Of a stretch of 63,805 nt of DNA, positions 25,418-37,167 are shown in pieces. Source of the stretch: Harriotta raleighana (Eukaryota); assembly GCA_050575255.1 (NCBI GenBank), contig JBNZDD010013729.1, positions 610,591 through 674,395 on the forward strand. The letters are read 5' to 3'. Under the pieces are notes generated by a model. It saw only the letters and a program-made list of their open reading frames with translations. It did not search any database and was not told the DNA's origin. Made by a program: the position numbers and the translations under genes. Every line of letters starts with the position of its first letter. The stretch's first letter is position 1.

Positions 25418-25588
25418 CCTGAATACAGAGAAAAGGGTTAACCTGAATACAGAATAGGCGATGCCTTGTAGAGAGGAGGGGGTTCTGTATGTAAAGAGAA
25501 GGTGATTGTCTACATACAGAGAAGGGCACGCCTTGCCTTCAGAGATTCCCTGTGTACAAAGGAGGAAGTTCCCTGAGTACAGAGCGTA
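25418..25588. repeat. Degenerate ~22-24-bp tandem repeat (CCTGAATACAGAGAAGGG...)
   Basis: About 7 decayed units seen directly. Confidence 0.6.
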
Positions 25589-27224
25589 TGATTTAATATT
25601 CCCTGTAGCTGACTGACACTGTACTCATAACATTGAAATGTCTAATGGGCTGCGGAGATCATTGTTGTCGAGTGTAGTTACTGTAGCTGCTCAGTGGTAG
25701 GTTCCTAACCACAGATTCCCAAATAGCCTTAATTCCAATGTGGGGGCTTTCTGAAATTCTGAAAAAGTAAACCTTAAGCCGACTGGTTCCAGCAAAGAAG
25801 AATATATTTGATTCATTAAAATTCTTTAGAAACAGTAATTACTTGGGGGACATAGCCAATTCTGTCTTAAAAAAAAATGTAATATGTTGCATAGTTGGAC
25901 GAAAAGTCTTAAATTCAATCTTAATTCAGGATCTTGATTCTTTTCCCCCAAATGAAATCAAGATCGCATTGAAGAATTTTCCCAAATTCCGCACTGCCTT
26001 ATATATTAAGACAAATTGGGTAATACCGGCGAAGGCAAGGGGAAATTTTTAGAACTACAGTATAATGTTTTCCTGCTGGCAAATATTCCAGGCATCACAA
26101 GTAATGTACTGAGGCTCAGTCTGATGCATAGTATCAGCCAAACCTTGGTGAGACATTTTAATGGTCTCTTTGCTTGTGCCTCCTCATCCAGTCCATGTCT
26201 AGTAGGGAATGATCTTATCTTTTCCCAGCATTACTCACAGCGCCATAAGCCCGTGTCTTACAGAGGAGAGGAGCTGACAACTCTCCATGCAACGCACTTT
26301 GGCCTGGGGTTTCGAGTTTTCAACAACAAGAGAGCTTATCATTCCTGGAAGGCTGAAAAACAACTCGAGTGCAGATGAATCACAGTGAATAATCAAAGCA
26401 GCCCCCGTCTTCACTTCCATCTGCCCTACACCCCCTCCATAAGCAATGCGTTCCTTCCCACTCATAATATCTTTGTCCTCCCCCACCCCCACACCCCACC
26501 ACCAGCAACCTCTCCTGAATACTCATTGACAATCAGTTCTGTTGTGCTGCAGCAATCCTGACTGCACTGTGATGTTTTGAATGTGTGTTTAAACTAGGTA
26601 CTGTCGGGATCACTGCAGTGGCTGTGGATTTTCTTCCCTCAGACACACGATCTTTCCGAGGAAAAATTGGGTGAGGTGGGGAAGCAATGGAGGGGCATTG
26701 CTCTGCTCAGGGGTGGGTAGAATGGTAGGATTCTTACCTCTGGGACACAAAATGATGGGTTAAAAACCCTGAATTTAAGCTTGTGATTAAATAACGTGGA
26801 ATATTCTGCCATGCCAACCACATTGCTCAGCGGGACACAGAGGCAAATTGATTTATTTTTACGTGAAAAGGTGTTATATAAATGCAAGTTATTACTATTT
26901 AATGCGTTAAACTTCTGCTTCTGAAAGAGTTATTGATTAGTTGGGCTGAAACCAAAGGAGTCTCTGTCCTTCCACAGCCTCCTGCACTTTACAAGCATTA
27001 AGAGCAATGTCACCAGTGGGACTGTGGGTGTATTATCACCAACAATAAACTATTGCCATGGAAATGTATATTTTTGACAGACAGCGAGACCAGCAGAGAC
27101 TGAAACATGGGGGGGAAAAAAGAGTGAGATTTCTGAAAAGTTAGTGACAGCAATAACAACAACTTGTATTTACTGTATATAGCGATTTCAACAACAATAA
27201 CAGCAACAAAATTACATTTAGAAT

Positions 27225-27550
27225 GATAATCCTTGCATTTGATATAGCGCTTTTCACATTTTATCGACGTCTCAAAGCGCTTCACAGAAAAAACTGTAAA
27301 GTGAATTGACTGTATATTTGTGGACGAAACGCGGCAGCCAATTGCGCACGGCAGCGTCCCCCACAAACAGCCTGAATTGAAATGACCAATTTTATTATTG
27401 TGTTTTTTTTGGACGGATTATTAGTGTGTGTGCATGTGTATGGTGTGTGGAGTAAGGAAACTTGTCCAAGGTTTCACCCTGACCTGCCTGGATTCAAAGA
27501 CAAGTCTCACACTTGTAAGGCGAGTGCTCTAACCACAGAGCTATAGGAGC
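27225..27550 (-). mobile_element. Full-length young SINE
   Basis: Tail, core and head ending GCTCTAACCACAGAGCTATAGGAGC. Confidence 0.92.
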
Positions 27551-28210
27551 ATTCTGTGGTGGGCTTGGTCTGTTCCTTCTTATCAGAGTACAGTACAATA
27601 GTAATTATAGCTAAGTGCAATAATTATAGGTGGAACGCGGAATAATAGAGCGCCTTTCACGTTGGGAGGACGTCCCATGGAAGATGACTTTGAATGCTTA
27701 AAGCACAGCAGCGGAAAGAGAGGCTGGAACTGACTGCGTGAGTCTTGGGGAAGCGGACGGGAGACAGTGAGATCGGTGGGTGGAGGAAGGCCGCAGAATG
27801 AGCCTCGATGAGAGCTTGAGGCGAGGGGAGAGAGTGTGAAGCCCAGGGGGTGGTGAGGGAAGGAAGGAGAGAAGCCGCGGAGAGTGTGGCTCAGTGAGAA
27901 AGTAATGCCGAGGGATAGCGCAGTTTGGAGAGGGAGTGAAGTTTGGAGAGAGAGAGACAGAGAGAGAGGAGTCAGTACAGGAAGATAACGCAGCTCCCTT
28001 TGTTGGACCAGCTGGTCTTTTCTAGCTCGATTGTAGAATCCCTATAATTACACTGTACAGTACAGTACACTGTAATTTACTGTTACTCTGCATCCCATCT
28101 GTGATCAGTATTATTCCGTGTTCCACCTATAATTATTGCAATGTAACTATAATTACTATTGTACTGTACTCTGATAAGAAGGAACAGACCAAGCCCACCA
28201 CAGTATGCTC
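27547..28210. repeat. ~100-bp inverted duplication (27547-27647 / 28109-28210)
   Basis: GAGCATTCTGTGGTGGGCTTGGTCTGTTCCTTCTTATCAGAGTACAGTACAATAGTAATTATAG... matches the reverse complement of 28109-28210 with few mismatches. Confidence 0.93.
27642..27950 (-). mobile_element. Internally deleted L2-like element (ORF2 N-terminal region joined to 3' tail)
   Basis: Reverse strand reads LRYPSALL...PLGFTLSPLASSSHRGS...SLSFRCCALSIQS (frameshifted) directly before TGGGACGTCCTCCCAACGTGAAAGGCGCT tail. Confidence 0.6.
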
Positions 28211-28439
28211 ACACTCTCCTATCGGCCAGGACATTGAGCTCAAAGCCACAGCAATGGCTTGAACTGACGACAGTCTTCTGATCCAGGGGTGAGCGTTCTG
28301 CCAATTGAGTCAGGTTTTCTTGGCGAATTCACTGATAAGTCTCTGGAGGAATGGGACGTTCTCCTGTCTCCCGTTCCTCATTACCCCACACCCCACTGAA
28401 TGCAAGCGAGCAACACTGAACCAACATGTACGATGTAAG

Positions 28440-28925
28440 GTCCCGCAGAGTAATTGGTTAGAGCATTCCCCTTGCGAGCCAGAGGAACAATTCCTTTGCG
28501 GGGCGAAACCTGAAACAAATTTCCTCACTCCACACACTTCTGTTTCCCTAACGGTAAGTAGGAATCTGGTAGGAATCAGTCGATCGGCAGACACGTTTCC
28601 GGGGGTAATAATAATCCCTCTTAAAAAAAATACACACACAATAGTAAAATAATAAAATAAAATTTCAACGCCGTGCACAATTGGCTGCCACGTTTCCCCC
28701 AACAAATATACAATCAATTCACTTCACAGTAATATTCATTGAAGCACTTTGAGACATCGAAAAGATGTGAAAAGCGCTATATCAAAATGCAATTATTATC
28801 ATAATCCCTTAAAAAAAATGTCCACTCAATCCACAACTGTTTGTGGGACTCTGCTGTACGCAATCGGCTGGTGTATTTTGCCACAAAATACTGTGTAGTC
28901 AATTCACTTTACAGTAATATTCTGT
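28440..28925 (+). mobile_element. Older SINE variant with extra segment and tandem second core/tail
   Basis: GTAATTGGTTAGAGCATTC head, CTGTTTCCCTAACGGTAAGTAGGAATCTGG segment, core x2. Confidence 0.75.
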
Positions 28926-29088
28926 TATTGATTGTATATTTGTTGGGGGAAAGCAGCAGCCAATTGTGCACGGCATTGAAATTTTATTTTATTATTTTAC
29001 TATTGTGTGTGTTTTTTTTAAGAGGGATTATTATTACCCCCGGAAACGTGTCCGCCAATCGACTGATTCCTACCAGATTCCTACTTAC
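28554..29088. repeat. ~165-bp inverted duplication (28554-28718 / 28927-29088)
   Basis: GTAAGTAGGAATCTGGTAGGAATCAGTCGAT...AACAAATATACAATCAAT is reverse-complemented at 28927-29088, including copy-private features. Confidence 0.93.
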
Positions 29089-29299
29089 TATTATACAGAC
29101 CCCAAACTCTTTCATTTGACACTTACATATATTACATAATGTTATTGTTCAGATTCTGATATTAATTTCTTTATGATTCTCCTCAAATGAAAACTACTTC
29201 CCCTGAGTGTGATGCTGAAGGCACTGCTGCTGTTACGCACACAGCATGAATCATTTAACACTGTTATAATATTACAACCTCAGACCAAAGCTACTCGTA

Positions 29300-29610
29300 A
29301 AAACGTGCATTCGCGTATGGGTATCTGAGTGAACGTATATTTGCGTATCTGTGTGTTTGAGTGAATGTGTGTGTGTGTGTGTGTGTCTGAACGAGCATGT
29401 GTGTATTTGAGTATGTGTGTGTGCGCGCGTGTGGCTGTGCGTTTACGTGAACCTGAATGTGTGAAAACATGTGTTCGTTCTGAGTTGGTTTGTGAGCGAG
29501 TAATTGTGCATTTGTAGTGTGTGATCTGTGCGTTTTGAGCATCTGTGTGTCTAGGGGAGTGTGCGTATTTGTGTGTAATGTGTATGTGAGTTTCTGTGTG
29601 TGTTCGCCAG
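29300..29610. repeat. Degenerate (TG)n microsatellite tract
   Basis: Seen directly. Confidence 0.85.
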
Positions 29611-30429
29611 ACATTCTTTTGTGCAACAGCCTTTTTGATTGAGGCCCCCTGGTTGTTCAATGTGCTCCAATCAAATGTGCTGACGACTTGCACTGAACCC
29701 TTGACCCAGATCCCACTGTCGGCTCCGGATCCGATTGCACCAAGCTAGAATTCCAATGCTGTCATTAAAGGAAAATTCAATCCTTCGGAGACTGAGCCTG
29801 TGAACTGAACCCCGGAGGTTATAAATGTCATAGCCCCAGCTCCGAGTCCTTCTCCAAAGTTAGCGCTGGATTTTTTTTTGCACGCTGCAGGGTGATAAGG
29901 TTCATGTTTGGGGCTGGGTGAACGTCCCAAAATAGAGCCGGAGCATTGCGGGAATAGCTGTGAAACCTAGTTACACCATATGTTTAAAGTACGCATCAAT
30001 CACAAATGAAAGCAGCCATTGTGCGCATATAAAATGTACACTTAGTGTATGTTGCTTTTTTTTACACACACACACACACATACACACACACTCTCTCTCT
30101 CGCCAATTTTCTCCCATTTTCTTTCTCTTCTGCTGGAGTACAATTCCAGGTTGCCTCTTGTTACCTCACTGTTCACTGCCTGAGCCCTTTGCAGGATATT
30201 CGACTGCAGAAAAACATCACCACCGGAGCCTGATCCTAGCCAGAAACACGTGGAGGTTTGGATTGCAATTAGCAGCGAGACCCTGGTTGATTTCCTTCCA
30301 GTTTCTAAAACTGAAGCCAATTATAGCACCCTGAGTGACGCACAGCTGGGATCAGCTAACCCACCGACCGCAACGCAAACCTGAAAAGTTCTGGGTAGTG
30401 CCTTTACAACGACCAGGGCTCGCAACTTA

Positions 30430-30620
30430 CACAGCACCTTTCACGTTGACAAAACACATCGAAAGGCTTCATAGAGACAGAGAGAGGGAACCTGAGGAGA
30501 ACCAGGGCAGAAGAGAAAGGAAAAGAGGTGGGAGGAGGTTCCGCAAACTAGAAAGAGTTTTGAAAGCAGAGAGGGGTGGCCCAAGGCGGAAGGATTTAGG
30601 GAAACCTGGGTTAGGAAAAC
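30430..30620 (-). mobile_element. Old L2 3' fragment
   Basis: CAGCACCTTTCACGT tail; reverse strand LSAFKTLSS resembles L2 C-terminus. Confidence 0.55.
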
Positions 30621-30879
30621 AGAGGGAGTGGTCTGGATCGGAACTGCAGGTATTCCCATATCTTCTGAGATCCATGATAAGGAAGGTAAAGTGTTTACCC
30701 ACCAAGCTGTCAACAGCAACCAATTGAATCCATATCACGTGCTTCGCATGAAGGAGCGTCTCGCTTGGTGGCATCAAGGCAGTCAGTCCACTACCTCACC
30801 AGGACCCATAGTATTGAAGTTAGTCCAGCTCAGTTGGCAGCAACCTTGCACCTGAGTCAGAAGATACAATCGAAATACA

Positions 30880-31130
30880 TAATTACATTTGGAAAGGGCC
30901 TATTACGTCAGGACATCCCAAGGGGTTGAACAGTCAGGGATTAGGACCTGAGCGGAGGTGGGTGGGGGTTTGCGATCAGGGAGGGCGGAGAGGGTAAGAG
31001 GGTGGCCGGAAAGCACGGTCGAAGAGGAGGTTTTCTTGAGGCGTGCCTTGAAGGAGGCAAGTGGAGGAGCGAGGCAACAGAATGTGGGATGGAGTTCCAG
31101 AGCGTAGGGGGCAAAGAGAGTGCATTTAAA
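30880..31130 (-). mobile_element. L2 3' end
   Basis: Reverse strand APYALELHP / PPTLWNSIPHSV...LASFKARLKK (LWNSLP...FKxxLK motif). Confidence 0.75.
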
Positions 31131-31904
31131 CTCCACATTGGGACTTTTAACTCATAGTTTACGATACTCCAAAGCCACTTTGCTGTAATGTTTGAAGTGC
31201 CATCCTTTGGCCTTGTCTGTACAACTACAAATAGACATCTTTGAGACGTCCCAGCAAATATATCAAACACAAAAAATTATTGAATCAGAAACGTCGCCCC
31301 CTCCAACCCCGCTCAGTTTTGAAGAATTTGCTTCTAAATAACTAATGTAATTTCATATCATTGTCACTGTGTGTTTATAAATATCTGTAATGACATTTTT
31401 GGTTGTAATTGAATTTAACGTTAGATTGAATTACAGTTATTTATAAGTCCCGGCATATTTTGCTGAATGGACCAGAACTTCTCAGTGTAAATCTGTGAAA
31501 TTCACAGTGTTGGTGAGCACAACAGGATAAGCCCCTATTTTTTAACCTTGTCGGTGTCCTACAGTATGTCGTAGGAACTCCTAATCTGGAGTTTGACTTT
31601 GAATTAAGAAGAACATGACATTGGTGGAATAATTCAGAGTCGTTTTCAGACATTCCGTAGGTCACACGTTTGTGGACAGTGACTGATCAGTGGGTGGGTG
31701 GGCAGGCAGGGGAGAGGGGGAAGGATCTGTGTCTAACATGTCTCCACAATGCTAGCAACCCTTTTTGGTTTGTGCTTTTTCAAGGAAACACTGACTGAGT
31801 ATCCCTCCTTGATAATATATAAATAAAAAAATTAAAAAAATGTGTACTGAGTTTAAGTGTACCACCTATTAACCACCGCTTGGGCGAGAATAGTAATGAT
31901 AATA

Positions 31905-32182
31905 AAAATAATAATCCTTGCATTTGATGCAGCGCTTTTCACATCTTCTCAACGTCTCAAAACGCTTCACAGAATATACTGTACAGCGAATTGACTGTAT
32001 CTTTGTGGGCGAAACGCGGCAGCCAATTGCGCACAGCAGCGTCCCCCACAAGCAGTCGTGGGTTGAAAATGACCAATTTTATTATTGTGTTTTTTTTGCC
32101 CAAGGTTTTGCCCTGACGTGCCTGGATTCAAATTCAGGTCTCCCACTTGTAAGGCGAGTGCTCTAACCACTGAGCTACAGGG
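31905..32182 (-). mobile_element. Young SINE, near full length with internal deletion
   Basis: Tail, core and head CTCTAACCACTGAGCTACAGG. Confidence 0.9.
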
Positions 32183-33179
32183 ACTGATCAGCCGATCTCA
32201 GGGGTTTAGAAACCACTCAAAAGGAATTCATGTTCTCAGCACTGGCCCAGGTCGGAATCTCTTACATCTCTCTTTTTTTTTCGTTTTTTTTTCTTTGTAA
32301 ACAACAGCATCTGCCATCGAGAGGTCGAGTTTCCTATTGAAAGGAAACTCACAGATTATTCACATGACTCACTAGAGAGGTCACTGGGTGGTTCACACTT
32401 GTGCAGCAACAGGAAGGCAGTTATTAGAGCCAATTGTTTTCCTGAATACCATTATAAGCGAGTAGCAAAGGAAATATTACAGTCTGGCCCTCTTCCAGGA
32501 GCTTGGGACTTGGAGAGTATTCACAATACTCAGTGGGAAAAGGCAGAGCAATCCTCTTCTAGCAAAAAAAAACCCCTTCATTTTCATTTTAATTTCCTGC
32601 TTTCAATATCTGCCCTTCTCTCCTTACCAATGCGGACTTGCACTGGGATTCTGTTCCTTGCTTGGCCCACGAGTTGTCTGGGAATGTCCGGTTGCATGCT
32701 CCGAGGATCCCCCCCTCCCCGCCCACCACCACTCCCCGTCCCCAACACAAACACACACAAAAGTCGCTCTATAAATATGTATGTTGTTGTTGTTGTTGTG
32801 ATTGTTTGCGTGTTTGACAGTGCCAGATGTAGAATGGAACTGGTAGATCGAGGATAGCCTTCCAATAATTTGTCACCCACAGCGCTCGTGTAAATCAGTA
32901 AAATTCACAGCATTGCTGAACGCATGCTGTGAATAACCCCCTAATTCTTTTAAATGCGATAATCCCTCCCGAGAAGAAGACTTGAAATGGGCAATGCGGC
33001 CCCAACGGAGGAAGGGAGGTGTGAGAGGGAGTGAGAAACAGAAATGGAGAGAGCGAAGAAAGGTGGGATGGAATAATGTGCAATTGGGCCTGAGTTGGTG
33101 GTAAAAAGGCAAACAGACAACAATGGCCAAAGCTAGGCGGCCACCCAAGGTCACTGTCTATCCACTGACACAGCTCTGC

Positions 33180-33350
33180 AAAGGCCACATTCTTCATCGG
33201 AGAAGGTGGGAGCAGAGTCAAGCCAATCTTGACCTCCGCTGACACACACCCACACTCATGTTCCAGCAACCGGCCACTGCGTTGGGGGTCAGGAGTGTAA
33301 GCCTGATGTTATTTTCTCTCTCCTCAGCTTTGCAGCTAAGATCAACTTGT
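33180..33350 (-). mobile_element. Ancient AmnSINE2-like fragment
   Basis: Reverse strand GTTGATCTTAGCTG...AAAATAACATCAGGCTTACACTCCTGA...GCTGGAACATGAGTGTG. Confidence 0.45.
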
Positions 33351-33529
33351 AATGACGAGCATCGCGATATGGTCAATGGCTTTTCTAAACTGAGTCACTG
33401 CGGGAATGTTCGGTATCTTTAACCTTCATTCTCTCACTCACAAACTGCTGAAATCGAGTAGTTCAATGTGGTAACGAGCAAGTCAAATATCTTGAGGACT
33501 TGTCAGCTCTCAAACCAACACTAAAATCC

Positions 33530-33760
33530 GGGGATGTCCTCCTGACGTGAAAGACTGCTGTACTAGTGTAATTTTTGTTGTTGTAAAATAAAAATTAGTC
33601 TTTAACTGAAGAGCTGTTTGTGGGACATTGTTGGGCCCAAATTGGCTGCCACATTCACTCGCAGAATACAGTCACCACATGACATTATACCCTGTGAAGT
33701 GATTTGTGACATCTCAATGTGATATGCATTAAATAAAATGCAAGGATTATTATAATATAT
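33530..33760 (+). mobile_element. L2 tail followed by diverged SINE 3' half
   Basis: GGGATGTCCTCCTGACGTGAAAG...(TTG)n, then core and tail. Confidence 0.7.
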
Positions 33761-33859
33761 GCAAGAGTGAGAATAAAACAGTCATGATTTAACTGGTGTT
33801 GGCAGCCTTTTAATACCTCAGGACAGCTTGCCAGACAGCGCCTTCAATAATTATAATAC

Positions 33860-34040
33860 TGTAATAATAATCCTTGCATTTGATAAAGCACTTTCCTAGA
33901 CATCTCAAAGTGCTTCACAGAATATATTGTAAAGTGAATTGACTGTACATATTTGTGGGAGAAACGCAGCAGCCAATTGCGCACAGCAGAGTCCCCACAA
34001 ACAGTCGTGGATTGAAATTACCAATTTTCTTTTTTTTGGG
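33860..34040 (-). mobile_element. SINE 3' half
   Basis: Reverse tail and core. Confidence 0.88.
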
Positions 34041-34329
34041 GGGGAGGGACAAAACAATGGCACACATGGCTTGTACCCACAGCAAATAATTCAAATACTT
34101 CTCTCGCTTGGTTTGATTTACCGAGAGCCAGAAGATTAGTTTAGTTTTTGAATGTTGGTGTTCTCCCCTTCTAATTTTAGCAGTTTGATCCAGGCATGTG
34201 ACACTTTTCAGTCATGACAATAACACATCTCCCACACATGTATCCTCCACCTCACTCGATATCTTTGAGTGAAAATCATAGTTCCTAATATTTACTGAAT
34301 GTGTAAAAACAATGAGGGCTTCTCCCAAT

Positions 34330-34670
34330 GTGGAGCTCCTGTAGCTCAGTGGTTAGAGCACTCGCCTAACAAGCGTGAGACCTGTGTTCGAATCCAGGCA
34401 GATCAGGGTGAAATCTTGGGCAAGTTTCCCTATTCCACACATGCCTAATAATAATCCGTCCCCAAAAAAAACCCACAATAATAAAAATGGTGTCATTTCA
34501 ATCCAGGACTGTTTGTGGGGGACGCTCCTGTGCACATTTGGCTGCCAAATTTAGCCCACAAATACACAATCAATTCACTTTACAGTATATTCTGTGAAGC
34601 GCTTTGAGACGGTCGATAAGATGTGAAAAGCCCTCTATCGAATGCAAGGATCATTATTGTGATTATTAAT
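34330..34670 (+). mobile_element. Full-length young SINE
   Basis: GTGGAGCTCCTGTAGCTCAGTGGTTAGAGCACTCGCC head, B box GTTCGAATCC, core, tail. Confidence 0.93.
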
Positions 34671-35198
34671 GTCTCAGTTGGTGAAGGCACCGATGAGCAG
34701 AACACTAATCTACACAGAACAGGAAGATCCCAAATCACGCTCCCCACCCTCCAACCTCTCCAGTCTGTGCTGAGAAAGCTGGTTTCACATGGGTAGTGGC
34801 AGGAATCCTCAATGTTCCATGGCTGGCTGGGGGTGTGAGGGTGTGGCGGAAGAGAATGGGAATCAGCCTGAGGTCCCTGCATCTCAGTTCCTTATCCCTA
34901 TCCAACAATCTTCTTGTTAAAAAGTTAATTAAGTGGCTATATTTCGCCCACAAAATACAGTCACTTCACCCTACCATATATTCTGTAAAGTGCTTGGGAG
35001 ACATCTCAACAACGTAATAAGGTTCTGTAGCAAATGCAAAAATTATTATTATTAATAATAATATAATAATGATGGGTTGATGGGTGTAATAAACTTGAAT
35101 GTGATCTGCTGAATAGTCTGTTGACAGCAAAGGATCACACGTTAAGATTGACTGTGTAAAACCTACCCCATCATCGATTTTAACATCTCCAAAGTATA

Positions 35199-35719
35199 GT
35201 TGGTGAGACTGCACCTAGAGTATTGTGTGCAGTTTTGGTCCTTATTTAAAAAAGGACATACTTGCCTTAGAGGGGGTGTAGCATGGATTCACTAGGTTAG
35301 TTCCTGGGATGAGGGGACTGATCTATGAGGATAGGTTGAATTAACTAGGGCTGTATTCTCTTACGGGGGATCTTATTGAAGCATATAAGATTCTTATTGG
35401 GCTGGGTAAAGTAGACACTGAGGGACTGTTTCCCCTGGTAGGAGAATCTGTAACCAGGGGTCACAGTCTTAAAATTAAGGGGTCAGCCTTTTAGAACAGA
35501 GTTGAGGAAACATTTCTCAGAAGGCTGTAGATGCTCAGTCCTCGAACATTTTCAAGGCTGAGATTGATAGATTTTTTTTTAAAATAGAGGGATTAGGGGA
35601 TACGGGGATAGAGCAGGAAATTAGAGTTAGGTCAGAAGATCAGCCATGATCTTATTGAATGGCGGGGCAGGCTCGAGGGGCTGAATGGCCTACTCCTGCT
35701 CCTAATTCTTATGTTCTTA
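35199..35719 (+). mobile_element. CR1 LINE 3' end with 3'UTR (shark HER1-like)
   Basis: LVRLHLEYCVQFWS motif; CAGGGGTCACAGTCTTAAAATTAAGGGG; 3'UTR GATCAGCCATGATCTTATTGAATGGCGG...GGCCTACTCCTGCTCCTAATTCTTATGTTCTT. Confidence 0.93.
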
Positions 35720-36529
35720 AAGAGGAAACTATTGTATCTTGACCTCAAATCAATCCAGAAAAAAATGCAGAACATTCATCCATCTATATATCTTTATTCT
35801 TCGACCTTGCACGAATTTATGATTGCTGTAAGGATGTCACAACAAAGGAGATGGAGGAGTTGAGATGGTACCAAGAATCCAACTAACCATCCTCCATGAG
35901 GATCTTTTTTGGGACTGGTTAGCTCTAAGATGACGTGTCTGGCAATGGAAGATTGGAATTGTGCCAATCCTATGTGGCAGTGTTGGTAGTCTGAACCCTA
36001 AGGCAGTTTCTCTAATTAACTGTCGATGATGGACAAACCAGCCTGCGTCATACCAGACACTGAGGACTGGGCTCTTTCCTTACTCGACCTCTGTTGACCC
36101 TATAAGACACAGGATGAAATGAAGGATTGTCCTAACTGCCAAGCAGTGAGAATCTTATCAATTTTTGCAATGTTACATTGTGTAGTTTCATGTAGTTAAA
36201 CTCTAGCACCCCCCATCCCCCACCATTGCATTGTCTGGGATCACCAATGGTTGACACTTGCCAATGTGAAAAGTACTATATCAAATGCAAGGATTATTAT
36301 TATTATTTAACTGTGCTGGAAGCCAGTTATACAGCACTTCAGGTAACAGTGTGGGTCCACAGTAGATCTCAGTGAACGTATGCTGGGGCTGCCTTATATC
36401 AAAAATGAGAGTTTATAGTTACAAAGCCTGGGGCTGTATTCAATGGAGTGTAGGTTAGGATGGGATCAAATGGAATAGAAACATTCAAAAATGATTGGAG
36501 GCAAATAAAATGAGGGGCTGTTTCTATCT

Positions 36530-36780
36530 GGATTGAGGAAAGGAATTCCATAAATTCAGGCAAAGTGCCTGAAAGCGTGGTGTGAATTATGTAGCAGAGG
36601 GGACCAGAGGCATGTAGAATAAGTCCTTGGCTTGTTGAAGCTGTTATCACAAGTGACTACTGAAGCCTAGTCCATTAAAAGGTTTAAAAGGAAATTGGAC
36701 AAACACTTGGTAGATTAACAAAGCAAAAGGCACTGAGAAAAGAGCAGGCGATTAGCATAGGTAAGGAAGATAACTGTAGA
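36530..36780 (+). mobile_element. Old CR1 3' fragment
   Basis: AAGGTTTAAAAGGAAATTGGACAAACACTTG (FKRKLDKHL). Confidence 0.6.
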
Positions 36781-36869
36781 GGTTTGTTGGATTGAAAGGT
36801 CTGCTTCTGAGCTAAGGTTTCTAATGATGTGAAAGGTGCTATGCAAATCTAATTTTATATAATAATAAA

Positions 36870-37019
36870 AAGTGAATTGACTGTATATTTGTGGGCGAAA
36901 TGCGGTAGCCAATTGCGCACAGCAGCGTCCCCCACAAACAGCCGTGGGTTGAAATGGCCAATTTTTATTATTGTGTTTTTTTGAAAGGATTATTATTAGG
37001 TGTGTGTGTATGTGTGCCT

Positions 37020-37051
<32 letters not shown>

Positions 37052-37167
37052 TTGTGTGTGGAGTAAGGAAACTTGCCCAAGATTTCGCTCTGATCTGCCT
37101 GGATTCGAAATACAGACTGCACGCTTGTAAGGCGAGTGCTCTAACCACAGAGCTACAGGAGCTCCAT
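36870..37167 (-). mobile_element. Young SINE with long internal (TG)n
   Basis: Core, (TG)n and complete head ending GAGCTACAGGAGCTCCA. Confidence 0.92.

Noticed and set aside
27010-27366. Recurrent similar ORFs (…CAIGCRVS…VKRFETS…EKRYIKCKDY) suggesting a gene family or array
   Set aside because: These are translations of SINE copies.
35975-35997. TGGCAGTGT miR-34/449-like seed
   Set aside because: The match covers the seed only, with no complementary hairpin arm.
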